From assembly GCA_049472335.1 (NCBI GenBank), contig JBLIRO010000015.1, positions 8,447-72,446 of the forward strand: a stretch of DNA of 64,000 nucleotides, in the 5' to 3' direction. Under the pieces are notes generated by a model, which was not told where the DNA came from, made no database searches, and saw nothing but the letters and a program-made list of their open reading frames with translations. The first letter of the stretch is position 1. Each line of letters starts with the position of its first letter. Positions 49,220 through 59,453 of the stretch are shown here, in pieces. The position numbers were made by a program, and so were the translations under genes. The DNA is from a bacterium. Its GTDB lineage: Bacteria; SZUA-182; DTGQ01; JAFGSM01.

Positions 49220-49942
49220 CTAAGCCTCTGCAGTTATTTTTAAAAATACATCTTCTAATCCACCTGTTTTTTGTTCCGCATTTTTTATTTCCTCCACCGT
49301 TCCCAGACTGATCAATTTACCCTTGTTTATTATTCCGACGCGGTCTGCCATCTCTTCCGCCAGACTCAGGGTATGCGTGGCCATAAAGATGGTGGTGCCA
49401 TGTCGGGCCCGGTCTTTCAGTATGTCCTTTACCAGGCGAGCGCTCCTCGGGTCCAGACCCACCATGGGTTCATCGATCACAATCAGCCTGGGATGATGAA
49501 GCAGTGCCGAGCATATAACGATCTTTTGTCTCATCCCATGAGAATAGTTTTGCATGAGCATGTCACCATAATCCTGCATATAAAAAAGGCCGAGCAGATG
49601 CTCCACCTCCTCTTCATAATGACTTTTATTCAGATTATAAAGCTCACCTATGAAATATAGAAATTCCCTGCCTGTTAGTTTTTCATATACATAGGGAACA
49701 TCAGGGACATAACTGATAAGCTTTTTGGCCGAAATGCACTTTTGGGCCATATCATGCCCATCCACAAGGACTTTTCCTGAGCTGGGACGTAAAAGCCCTG
49801 CTATTATCTTCAGGGTAGTGGTTTTCCCGGCTCCGTTCGGGCCAAGAAAGGCAAAAAATTCACCATCCGGTATATCAAGGTTCAGGTTGTCTACAGCAGA
49901 TACCTTCCCAAACCTTTTTGTTAATTCATTGATCTCGATCAT
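49220..49942 (-). CDS. ABC transporter ATP-binding protein
   Basis: GPNGAGKTT, YSHGMRQK, IDEPMVGLDP, TH. Confidence 0.95.
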   Translation of the reverse strand: MIEINELTKRFGKVSAVDNLNLDIPDGEFFAFLGPNGAGKTTTLKIIAGLLRPSSGKVLVDGHDMAQKCISAKKLISYVPDVPYVYEKLTGREFLYFIGELYNLNKSHYEEEVEHLLGLFYMQDYGDMLMQNYSHGMRQKIVICSALLHHPRLIVIDEPMVGLDPRSARLVKDILKDRARHGTTIFMATHTLSLAEEMADRVGIINKGKLISLGTVEEIKNAEQKTGGLEDVFLKITAEA

Positions 49943-51437
49943 ATCCGTTTCTCCAAATCTCCGAGTGAATAATCTCCATATCTATTTTCCCTATAGTCAG
50001 TGCAAGCTTTGCCTGGGCGGAAAGATCACCGGATACAAGCTCAAAATGGGTTGCGTCAGCTATACTCTGTCCAAAGGTGGGATCAAGATGGATCCATTTT
50101 CCCACATATACCTTGGGCCAGGCGTGATAATAAAATCCGTCATTTATATAAACAAAGCCCGCACATATATCGGCAGGTATCCCACATGACCTTGCCAGGG
50201 CCACAAAGAGCACCGTATGTTCATTACAATCCCCTTCCCTGTTTAATAATACTGAAGTGGCAATCGGAATTCCTATGCTGAAAGCGCTATTCACATTTTC
50301 ATGCACCCATTTACCTATCTTTTTGGCTGCAAGCCAGCTATTGTTTTCATCCCCTATTATATCAAGCGTTTTCGACACAATCTTCGGGTCCCTGCTTTGA
50401 ATCCATATAGAGGGTTTGAGAAACCTGCTCAGATCATTGCCCTCATATGGCAATGACAATGCACCTTGCTCATCCGCAAAGACCGATTTTATCTCTATAA
50501 TACCTTTTTCCGGATCAATAACCCTCTGCCGTTCACCATCAAAGGAAAAATCCGCAAGATCGATACCGGAGATCCTGATTTTTAGAAACCCGGTTTTTCG
50601 GGGGACTTCGAGTTTTCTTTCCGTAATCACAGCAACATCATTTAGTATATCAACACGTTTGCCGGAAAAATCATTCATATATTGCTCTATCTTTTCCTTT
50701 GTGTCCTGCGCCATGACCCAACCATTTGCAGTCTCTTCCCGGACCACAAATCCGTTTTTATTTATCCATGTTTTTTGGGATAAGCCTGAAAATTCTGTCT
50801 TCAATACCAAATAATCTGCTTCCTCACCGATAACCTCTATATTGGTAGGCTCTGCGGTTAGTGTCAGGGGATTGAAAAGGTTCAATGTGTAGGAATCACC
50901 AACCTTAAGGCCCTTACCTCTGTAAATGGATAATATGCTGTTTTCAAGGAAAAAGTCATCCGCCGCTTCAAATATCCTTTTGTGTTTTGCCTTGCCATAA
51001 CCTATTTCCACCAGCAGGTGATCTCCTAATCTCTTCCCTGTGATCGTTACACGGGTGATACCTGATATCATGGCCTCGAATTTAATCACCCGGAATGAGG
51101 TATCAAGCACCTCTCGGGAATGTATCTCTATATCCTTTAATTGCTCGAACATCTTAAAACGCAGATAAGAAATACTATCTATGAGATAACCCTTTCTATT
51201 ACCTTCACTGTAAGGACATAAAGTTGTATGGGCATACCCTGCCCACTTATCTGAAATATATATACTTTTCCAATCGTCAACCTCTATATCCTCGGGTATG
51301 ATCTCCCTGAAACTGCTTTTCACTTTATTATCTTTTTTGACGAGTTCTTCCTTGTTTATCAGAAGGACCATCATGGTTGCCCAGGAGATAAGTATAATGA
51401 GGTTTACGCATATCTTTAAGGCAAGCCCCTTGTTCAA
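49926..51437 (-). CDS. Membrane-anchored transglutaminase-like domain protein
   Basis: N-terminal TM; triad 'GDCNEH..ALAR..GIPA', 'YHAW', 'LDPT'. TTG at 51437 overlaps the cutA stop; start uncertain. Confidence 0.85.
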   Translation of the reverse strand: MNKGLALKICVNLIILISWATMMVLLINKEELVKKDNKVKSSFREIIPEDIEVDDWKSIYISDKWAGYAHTTLCPYSEGNRKGYLIDSISYLRFKMFEQLKDIEIHSREVLDTSFRVIKFEAMISGITRVTITGKRLGDHLLVEIGYGKAKHKRIFEAADDFFLENSILSIYRGKGLKVGDSYTLNLFNPLTLTAEPTNIEVIGEEADYLVLKTEFSGLSQKTWINKNGFVVREETANGWVMAQDTKEKIEQYMNDFSGKRVDILNDVAVITERKLEVPRKTGFLKIRISGIDLADFSFDGERQRVIDPEKGIIEIKSVFADEQGALSLPYEGNDLSRFLKPSIWIQSRDPKIVSKTLDIIGDENNSWLAAKKIGKWVHENVNSAFSIGIPIATSVLLNREGDCNEHTVLFVALARSCGIPADICAGFVYINDGFYYHAWPKVYVGKWIHLDPTFGQSIADATHFELVSGDLSAQAKLALTIGKIDMEIIHSEIWRNGYDRDQ

Positions 51438-51739
51438 CCTGTAACTTCTCCTATCCATTCGAGATAATCGGGGTTCCCCTGCTCTATGTCGCATACAATA
51501 ACCTCAGGCACATCATAGGAGTGTAGCTCTCTGATCCTTTCTATGACCTTTCCGGTTAATGAGGGTGTTGTCTTCATGAGGAGTAATGATTCCTTATCGG
51601 TTTCTATTTTCCCCTTCCACCAGTATTTACTCACAAGTCCGGTAATGATGTTTACACATGCAACCAGTTTTTCCTCCAATAACTTCTCAGCCATTCCATC
51701 CGCCTCTTTTTCCGGGCAGGTGCTCATAATCAGTTTCAT
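51434..51739 (-). CDS. cutA: Divalent cation tolerance protein CutA
   Basis: 'A..LLE.KL.ACVNI....S.Y.W.G.I..D.E..L.MKT','H.YDVPE','Y..W'; ATG at 51739 after aggagg. Confidence 0.93.
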   Translation of the reverse strand: MKLIMSTCPEKEADGMAEKLLEEKLVACVNIITGLVSKYWWKGKIETDKESLLLMKTTPSLTGKVIERIRELHSYDVPEVIVCDIEQGNPDYLEWIGEVTG

Positions 51740-52099
51740 ATCAGTCCTCCTTCCCATATTAAAGGGATCTAAAGATGAAAAGATATTAGATATGTTCATT
51801 GTCTTGCTTCTAAAACCGTCTTCTAAGATAAATGACAGGGTGATTAGGCTATAGCTTGTTAACGATTTTTTTCTAAGGACGATTAATTCGAATTAATTGC
51901 CTGGAAAGGCTAGGCCGGGATTTTATGGTTTTGTGGATCCTGCAGGCCTGCCCAATAAAATCAGGATTAAAAATATATTTTTTTCAATGTACTCAATTTA
52001 TTATCTCCTAATTAATAATCCTCTTTTTAATGAATATTTTAGCAAGTAGATAAAAAGAAATAAAGGTATAAAAAGGTATAGTTAAAAAAAGATTTGATT

Positions 52100-52312
52100 T
52101 ATATGATCCCTGTTAAAAAAGAAGACCTCTTTAAAGCTTACTACCGGTGCAGGTTATAGATTCCCGGTCTTTCTCGATGGAGATTAAAACACAGTGACCA
52201 TACACGGGGATAGTATCGTTCAGGTCCCTTTATCAGGTGGGAAAACAAGAAGACTCTATCAATGTCTCACGATGGTCAAAGAGTAGCCTTTATCAAGATC
52301 TCCGATTTGTAA
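52100..52312 (+). pseudogene. Possible remnant of a PD40/TolB-like beta-propeller gene
   Basis: Adjacent frames give VQVPLSGGKTRRL (from 52218) and SHDGQRVAFIK (from 52265), typical PD40 fragments, separated by a frameshift. Confidence 0.3.
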
Positions 52313-52466
52313 TAGTTCATTATCTGACGGCCCATTTAGTGGTTTCCATTATTTACTTTTCTCAATAGGTTCAATTTTGGATTGGTTTAGGCTATAATAT
52401 CTCAAAATAATCTTCAGGAAAGATTTTTCATCAAGGCCTTTTTAAGATTTTTTTTAACAAAAAAAT

Positions 52467-54293
52467 ATGAAGGATGGGACAGCTATGAGACTTGAAGACA
52501 TTGAAAACGTTTCACTTCGTGAATGGATAGAAGAATGCGCCGATCTGTGTAAACCTGACAAAATCATAATATGTGACGGCTCGGAGGAGGAAAAGGAAAA
52601 GCTCACCAAGGAGGCCTTCTCCACAGGTGAGTTAATTCAATTAAACCAGGAAAAACTTCCGGGCTGTGTATATCACCGAACAGCCGTCAATGATGTGGCA
52701 AGGACCGAGGGCCTCACATTTATATGCACCCATCTGAAATCAGATGCCGGCCCTACCAATAACTGGATGAGCCCTGAAGAGGGATATCGCAGGGCAGGTG
52801 CAATTTTTTCAGGTTCCATGAAGGGCCGCACTATGTATGTTGTTCCTTTTTCCATGGGGCCTGTGGGATCTCCATTTAGCAAGATCGGTGTCGAGTTGAC
52901 AGACAGCATTTATGTGATCCTGAATATGCGGATCATGACCCGTATGGGAAAAGAAGTCCTTGAGCAATTAGGCCCCGCGGGTGAGTTCACCAAATGTTTG
53001 CACGGCAAGGCAGAACTTGATATCAAACGGAGATTGATCCTTCATTTCCCTGAAGACAATGCGATCTGGAGTGTTGGAAGCGGTTATGGAGGTAATGTGC
53101 TGCTAGGGAAAAAATGCCTTTCTTTGAGAATAGCCAGCTTTATGGCCCACAAGGAAGGCTGGATGGCCGAGCATATGCTCATCCTCGGAGTTGAAGAACC
53201 CAACGGCAGGATCATGTATGTTGCAGGAGCCTTTCCAAGCGCCTGCGGAAAGACGAATCTGGCCATGCTTGTGCCGCCTGAAGCCTTAAAACACAAAGGG
53301 TATAAAATCTGGACAGTAGGAGATGATATCGCCTGGATGCGAATCGATACCGATGGCACTCTGTGGGCCATTAATCCGGAATCGGGATTTTTCGGTGTGG
53401 CGCCCGGAACCAATTATAAAACAAATCCCAACGCAATGGAAACCATCAAAAAAAATACGATTTACACGAATGTCCTTTTGAAACCTGACGGCACGGTCTG
53501 GTGGGAGGATGGTGACGGCGATCCCCCCGAGGAAGGAATAGACTGGAAAGGAAATCCCTGGAGACCGGGGATGAAAGACGAAGACGGGAATATCATTAAT
53601 GGTGCCCATCCTAACAGCCGGTTTACAGCTCCTATTTCTCAATGCCCCACTGCGTCTTTCCGCTTGGAGCAGCACCATGGAGTTCCCATTTCTGCCATCA
53701 TTTTCGGAGGACGCAGGGCAAGGGTTGCCCCACTTGTCTACGAATCCTTTAGCTGGGAGCACGGAGTCTATATAGGAGGCACCATGGCTTCTGAAAGGAC
53801 AGCGGCCCAGTTTGGCAAGTTAGGTGAGGTGAGGCGCGACCCTATGGCCATGTTACCCTTTTGCGGGTATAATATGGCCGATTATTTCAGGCACTGGCTT
53901 TTCATGGGGCTGCGCATGAAAAAACAGCCCAGGATATTCCATGTCAACTGGTTTAAGATGGATAAGAATGGAAGATTTCTATGGCCCGGTTATGGCGAAA
54001 ATCTGAGGGTCATTGAATGGATACTTGCCCGTTGCAGGGGTGAAGCACAAGCCATGGAAACCCCCATCGGATTCATTCCAACTCCGGAAAGCCTTGATCT
54101 GTCGGGCCTTGATATCTCTTCCGGTGAGCTAAGCACCCTTTTAAGCATAGATCGGGAAGCCTGGATAGAAGAGCTGAAAGGCCATAAGGAGTTCTTCATC
54201 AAATTCGGCAAACGCCTGCCTTTGGAATTGTGGCAGCAATATCAGTCTTTGTGTAAAAGATTTGGTACGGATGGCGAAATACCTTTAACCTGA
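52467..54293 (+). CDS. pckG: Phosphoenolpyruvate carboxykinase (GTP)
   Basis: 'DVAR.E..TFIC', 'GSGYGGN.LLGKKC', 'AEHMLI', 'FPSACGKTNLAM', 'VGDDIAW', 'NPE.GFFGVAPG', 'HPNSRF', 'DPMAMLPFCGYN'. Confidence 0.97.
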   Translation: MKDGTAMRLEDIENVSLREWIEECADLCKPDKIIICDGSEEEKEKLTKEAFSTGELIQLNQEKLPGCVYHRTAVNDVARTEGLTFICTHLKSDAGPTNNWMSPEEGYRRAGAIFSGSMKGRTMYVVPFSMGPVGSPFSKIGVELTDSIYVILNMRIMTRMGKEVLEQLGPAGEFTKCLHGKAELDIKRRLILHFPEDNAIWSVGSGYGGNVLLGKKCLSLRIASFMAHKEGWMAEHMLILGVEEPNGRIMYVAGAFPSACGKTNLAMLVPPEALKHKGYKIWTVGDDIAWMRIDTDGTLWAINPESGFFGVAPGTNYKTNPNAMETIKKNTIYTNVLLKPDGTVWWEDGDGDPPEEGIDWKGNPWRPGMKDEDGNIINGAHPNSRFTAPISQCPTASFRLEQHHGVPISAIIFGGRRARVAPLVYESFSWEHGVYIGGTMASERTAAQFGKLGEVRRDPMAMLPFCGYNMADYFRHWLFMGLRMKKQPRIFHVNWFKMDKNGRFLWPGYGENLRVIEWILARCRGEAQAMETPIGFIPTPESLDLSGLDISSGELSTLLSIDREAWIEELKGHKEFFIKFGKRLPLELWQQYQSLCKRFGTDGEIPLT

Positions 54294-54457
54294 GTAAGGA
54301 TTTAAAAACTTATCCGGTTTTTAAAGACATCGCTTCTGATTTTGGTGGGATAATCTTTTGGTAAGTGGGGCCAGGTATTGAAATATGAGAACGGGTAAAC
54401 GATATATTAAGTGGTTTAAATAATTTTATCATAAAATTGACAAAGCTTTTTGGTTGT

Positions 54458-54916
54458 TCACAGTGAATGATCTATCAAATCAGAATGTGAATTAATCCAT
54501 TGCAAAATACTGGTTAAAACTGCCTCCAGATCCTTTAACTGTTCAAAACAAATCTTGTGCAATTCCTCTGCTGAAATTTCATTGTAAAAATGTACCATGC
54601 GGTTTCGATATCCCGCCATCTCTCGCATAACATCGGCATCCGATTTACTCAAAACACCTTTTTCCAATAGCTCCAACGGGATATCTTTATACTCTGTAAC
54701 TGCCTTGCCAAATCCTTTTGCCAGAATGTGTCTCCCTAAATCCATTAAAGCCTCCAAGGCCCTCCTAAGATAAGACTCTACCGCCGCAATATTTCGTGAA
54801 TCAGAGATGAAGGAGTCATAAGAATCTATTGGTAAGTTGTTAATCTTTTCCAGCATCTTTCTGATCCAGGATGTTTTCTCTACAATTACCTTCTCTCGAA
54901 TCCTTGAAGGGGTCAT
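54458..54916 (-). CDS. HEPN (DUF86/HepT-like) ribonuclease toxin
   Basis: 'RNRMVHFY' = R-x4-H-x-Y; 4-nt overlap with the upstream MNT gene. Confidence 0.9.
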   Translation of the reverse strand: MTPSRIREKVIVEKTSWIRKMLEKINNLPIDSYDSFISDSRNIAAVESYLRRALEALMDLGRHILAKGFGKAVTEYKDIPLELLEKGVLSKSDADVMREMAGYRNRMVHFYNEISAEELHKICFEQLKDLEAVLTSILQWINSHSDLIDHSL

Positions 54917-55344
54917 GGAATCTCTCCGGTCAATATTTGAATCCTTCTTTGCCGCTCATAAAAGGCTAAATCACCCGCCCTGCGTAGTACATATAATTCA
55001 TACCTTGCAGTTGCATCAGGATCTGAAGTATAAAGAAGTTCTCCTTCAATTATAGCAAGGCATAAAAAAGGGGGAGCCTCTGGCAATATTATCAAATCCA
55101 CCCTGGAAACCCGAAGCAGATCTTCCAGTGCGATAGTTGCCTTAATCCTGTCTTGGGGTGTCAACAGAGAATCCCTGTCAGGCAAAACACCCAGATCGAC
55201 ATCAGAGTTGCTATCCTTATCCATATTTCCCTTTCCCTTTACAAAATCAGCAACCTCTTTTGACCTGCTTCCGAACACATAAATGGCATTGATTCCATAA
55301 TGATTGCAAACCGATTCCAGCCTTTCCAATGCCCTTACTTTCAT
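54913..55344 (-). CDS. MNT (MntA-like) nucleotidyltransferase antitoxin
   Basis: 'YVFGSR...SDVDLGV..VDL..L..A'; coupled to the HEPN gene. Confidence 0.88.
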   Translation of the reverse strand: MKVRALERLESVCNHYGINAIYVFGSRSKEVADFVKGKGNMDKDSNSDVDLGVLPDRDSLLTPQDRIKATIALEDLLRVSRVDLIILPEAPPFLCLAIIEGELLYTSDPDATARYELYVLRRAGDLAFYERQRRIQILTGEIP

Positions 55345-55754
55345 GATAGATCTATGCCTTAAAGATAATCATAAACTATGACTTTATATATTTACTTGAT
55401 ATTATATCTTATTATAGATTATTAGAACACTTCTGAAGAGAAGTTTATTTTATTTTTTGATATTATGTCAATATCCCCAGATTACATATCCCCCAGATTG
55501 CCCCTCCATAATTTTATATTTTTTTATTGGTTTTCCTTTAGGAGGAGAAATAAACATAAATATCTTACACAATCAGACGCAAAAAATATGTTCACAGTCA
55601 CAAAAATTTGCCTTGACAAAAATTGAAATTTTTGCCTATACTTTGATCAGAAAAGCAAGGTCTTGTCAGAATCAAAACCACCATTAAGGGTTACAATAGA
55701 TATTCATTTAATTGATGATTAAATTTAAAGTAAAATTTAATTAGGTAAGGTATT

Positions 55755-56630
55755 ATGTCAACTGCAGATACAGTTTCCTTAATACTTGGAATTATAAGTT
55801 ATTTAGGCTGCTTGTTTTACTGGACAGGTAGATGGTACAAACAGCTTTATTTTCAAAGCTTTAATATTCCCTATGAAAGTGTTGAATTTAATCACTATTA
55901 TTATATTTTCCATAGTTGGTGCACTGTCTCAGTTGCCTTATGCTTATTAATTATAATCTTAAATATCATTGCTGCGTTCTTTTCTTTTTTTTACCCCCAA
56001 AGACAAATAATTAAAGATTTTATATGGTTAATGATTTCTATTCTTTTTTTTGTTGTAGTTATTAGGAATTGGATTTATAAAATATATAAAAAAATAAAAT
56101 CATTTATTAAAAAAGAAGAAAAACAAGATGAACATAAAGAAGAAGATGGAGAAGTTAGATGTGTTAAAGATTCCGATATAGAAAAGTTTTTGTCCCTTAA
56201 ACATAAAGATAAAGAAAAAAAAGAGCACAATGGAGGGCGTAAGGCTGTATTGAGAATAATACAGTCATGGGATTTGTTAATTATTTTTTTAGGTTTCTTG
56301 CTGGCTTTTTTGTCCTTTTTTCTTGCGAAAGATTTATCTCTTGAAATAGCGAGTCTTAATTCCTTCATTAGTAAACATGTTTTACAGTTTACAATCAGTT
56401 TAGCTCTTTTTTTATGGATATGGTTTGGCATCGTAGGTTATAAGCTGGCTGAATATCATGCTGAATCGGCTAAAGCAGGCAAAAAAATGGGGATACAATT
56501 TGTAACGCTCAAAAACAAAGATATATCTGAAAATTTTTATTTTATTGTCCGGGCTTCGGAAGACAGGAATTTCATCTACCAAAAAGACAAAAAAGATGAA
56601 CATAAAGAAAAAGAAAATAAAAAAAATTAA
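55755..56630 (+). CDS. Hypothetical integral membrane protein
   Basis: About 5 hydrophobic helices; 'Y.TG..Y...YF..F.IP'; strongly AT-rich. Confidence 0.65.
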   Translation: MSTADTVSLILGIISYLGCLFYWTGRWYKQLYFQSFNIPYESVEFNHYYYIFHSWCTVSVALCLLIIILNIIAAFFSFFYPQRQIIKDFIWLMISILFFVVVIRNWIYKIYKKIKSFIKKEEKQDEHKEEDGEVRCVKDSDIEKFLSLKHKDKEKKEHNGGRKAVLRIIQSWDLLIIFLGFLLAFLSFFLAKDLSLEIASLNSFISKHVLQFTISLALFLWIWFGIVGYKLAEYHAESAKAGKKMGIQFVTLKNKDISENFYFIVRASEDRNFIYQKDKKDEHKEKENKKN

Positions 56631-56843
56631 TCTATTTAAAGTGAGATTCAGATGATTTATCACCTATTTCCTTAAATTCTGAAATATTTGTTCATGTTTA
56701 TGGCATAAGTTAAGTATAAACGGATAAGATGCCAAGCTTTAAATATCCTTATCACAGGAGTTGATGGAAAAAAATAAATCTATGAAGATAATAATAAAAA
56801 ACAGAAATAGACAAACTGTCTCGCGTGATGGCTTTATAATAAA

Positions 56844-57983
56844 ATGAAAATACTCTTTTCCATTCATGTGGGAGACTCTGTTTCCCACGTTTTCAGAACT
56901 CGTGAATTAGCAGCATATCTGAGTTCCAAAGGTCATATAATAAAATATTCCGTCCCGGAGAAAGTGGTGAAAAATTACCTTGAAGGTTTTTTACAGCCAG
57001 AAGAGATTCATTATAATAATCAGAGTTATTCATTCGCCAGACTTGTCGAAAAACCCGAACTCACGAAAGCGTGTATTGATCATGCTAAAAATGAAGCGCG
57101 TTTGTTAGATGAATTTAAGCCTGATTGCATATTTGCCGATTCCGGTTTTATAACGGATGCGATAGTTCCAGAAATTCCTGTTTACAAAATATTAGACCGG
57201 TTTTTTCTTGAGATTGCCATGGATGTTGACTCACCATTTGATTCACAAGAAAAAGCAAAAATAAGGGAAGATATAGAAAAAGTCGTAAATTCCGCAAGAA
57301 AAGAATTAGACATTATCGAAAACTTTACTTATTTGGATCACATTAGCAATAGATCTTTATTAAATGGTGCATCCTATTTTATAGAAGATGTCAAACTCCC
57401 GAATCATATACTGATAGGTATTAATATGTTTTTAAAGGGGTATGAAATAAGCCGACCTGAATATAGAAACTGTTTTATCATATTAGGAACAGGATTAAAT
57501 GCTTCCCAGGCGAGAACCGCTTCGGAGATTTTAATGCGGGCAGAACCTCATTTTAAGAAGATTTATGTTACATATGGGAATGCTATACAAAAAGATCAAC
57601 TCTATCAGCCTAAAAATGCCATTATGAATAGGCTGTATAAAGAAATACCGGAAGATATCGGGATATTGATTTGTCATGGAGGTTATGGCACAGTGCATTT
57701 AGGTATACAACTTGGTATTCCTATGATTGTCGTGCCATTTCATATCGAGCAATATTCAAATGCGTACAGGATGGAAAAATTAGGTGCGGGTCTGAATATA
57801 GGTACATATGATAATTCCGGATTCAAAGGTATTTATCAGAAATTCACTATTGATTGGGATCAATTTGAATGGGCGCTTGAAAACAGCAGAAGCTTGCGAA
57901 AAAGACGATCTTTTTACGATGAATATAAATCATACAGGATAACGTATTTTTCTGAAATAGATAAACTTATAAGTACCTTTTGA
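56844..57983 (+). CDS. GT-B glycosyltransferase (GT1/GT28-like)
   Basis: 'SHV.R...LA..L...GH', 'ICHGGYGTV......GIPMIVVP...EQY.NA..ME.LGAG'. Confidence 0.85.
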   Translation: MKILFSIHVGDSVSHVFRTRELAAYLSSKGHIIKYSVPEKVVKNYLEGFLQPEEIHYNNQSYSFARLVEKPELTKACIDHAKNEARLLDEFKPDCIFADSGFITDAIVPEIPVYKILDRFFLEIAMDVDSPFDSQEKAKIREDIEKVVNSARKELDIIENFTYLDHISNRSLLNGASYFIEDVKLPNHILIGINMFLKGYEISRPEYRNCFIILGTGLNASQARTASEILMRAEPHFKKIYVTYGNAIQKDQLYQPKNAIMNRLYKEIPEDIGILICHGGYGTVHLGIQLGIPMIVVPFHIEQYSNAYRMEKLGAGLNIGTYDNSGFKGIYQKFTIDWDQFEWALENSRSLRKRRSFYDEYKSYRITYFSEIDKLISTF

Positions 57984-58003
57984 ATCGACCTTAAGAGATT
58001 AAA

Positions 58004-59131
58004 ATGCATTTAGCGATAGTTTCTTTGTTGCCGCCTGTGGTTAGTGGTATAGCTGATTATGGAAAATACCTGAGTGAAGCTTTTTCTGAATTGTCCAAAT
58101 TTGAACAAATATCGATAATCACACAAGTAGAAGCAGAACCGGATATTCTTGACAACAAGTTACCCCATGTTCGTGTCTTTCGTGTTTGGAATAACAATTT
58201 AATGGGCGGTTGGCATGTAATAAATACTCTTCATAAGCTTAATCCAGATGTTGTATGGTTCAATCTGGCAGCCAGTATGTTTGGGATCAGCCGGTCTGCA
58301 AATATAATAGGAGCTTTAATTCTATTATTTGGCGGTATTTTAAAAACACGATCGGTAGTGACGCTACATGAAGTACTTCCGGCAATTGATAATAATTTGG
58401 TAAAAAAGAAAAATTCCATTTTATTGCCTTTCATCACAAAAAAAATATGCAAAGCAAAAGTAATATGCCTTCTATTGAATCACCATGTAATGTTATTAAG
58501 GGCAATATGTAATGAAGCAAATCTGGTATGCATTCCTCACGGTATCTATTTAAAACCGGAGAAGATTGCTGAACCAGCCAAACAGGCAATTCTATTTTTC
58601 GGAACCATCTCTCCCTATAAAGGTATAGAATTTCTTATTACGTCTTTTCGAGAAGTAATAGAGAAAAATCCGGAACTAAGTTTAATCATAGCCGGTGGAG
58701 AGCATCCCCGATTTCATGGTTATTTAAAACACCTTAAAAATGTTTATAGTAATACGTCTGGTATTGTATGGAAGGGTTATGTGCCGGATTGTGAATTAAT
58801 CTCTCTTTTCTCCAGTTCCACCTTAACTGTTTTTCCTTACATATATTCCACAGGTGCGTCAGGAGCTATTTTCTGGGCCTCGACATTCGGTCGACCTCTT
58901 GTAGTCTCTGATATACCGGAATTGCGGGCAAGTTGTGATGAAATCGGTTTGATGGCAAACTATTTCAAAGTCAATGACATTCAGGGCCTAACTCTGTCAA
59001 TAAACAATCTACTTGCTGATTCAGATCTTCGGGAAAAGCAGGTTCAGAATAATATTTCAGTAATAAATAATTATACTCTTCAAAAGACAGCGGATTCTTA
59101 CGCTAATATTTTTTCCGGGATAATGAATTAG
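58004..59131 (+). CDS. Glycosyltransferase family 4
   Basis: 'PP..SGIADY', 'TLHE', 'IPHG', 'FFG.I.PYKG.E.LI', 'FPY....ASG......G.P.VVSD'. Confidence 0.88.
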   Translation: MHLAIVSLLPPVVSGIADYGKYLSEAFSELSKFEQISIITQVEAEPDILDNKLPHVRVFRVWNNNLMGGWHVINTLHKLNPDVVWFNLAASMFGISRSANIIGALILLFGGILKTRSVVTLHEVLPAIDNNLVKKKNSILLPFITKKICKAKVICLLLNHHVMLLRAICNEANLVCIPHGIYLKPEKIAEPAKQAILFFGTISPYKGIEFLITSFREVIEKNPELSLIIAGGEHPRFHGYLKHLKNVYSNTSGIVWKGYVPDCELISLFSSSTLTVFPYIYSTGASGAIFWASTFGRPLVVSDIPELRASCDEIGLMANYFKVNDIQGLTLSINNLLADSDLREKQVQNNISVINNYTLQKTADSYANIFSGIMN

Positions 59132-59453
59132 GGATTCGTTTAAAGACCATCGGGTAAAATTGGGGATGGGTTCATATTTCGACTTAGAGCAAAAATTTAA
59201 TACACTGATCCGGGTGTTAGCTAAATAATCGATTTCTTTCTAAATCTTGAAGTGATAATAAGATCCTCCTAATAAGATTTGATGAATTGGTAAAAGTCAT
59301 TTTGTATTTAAAATGGCTCTGAAACTATTTTGAACTAATCTTAAATTTTTATCAAAAAGAAGATATCCTCTAAGTATTGGCAAATTATATCGTACAATAT
59401 TTTCTAATATTATCCGATAGATCAGACAATAAGTATGTATAAAGATTTTATAG

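Noticed and set aside
52170..52305. Nested inverted repeats suggesting 6S-like ncRNA
   Set aside because: Pairings are only 6-7 bp and the same DNA is better explained as a PD40 gene remnant; an Rfam scan would settle it.
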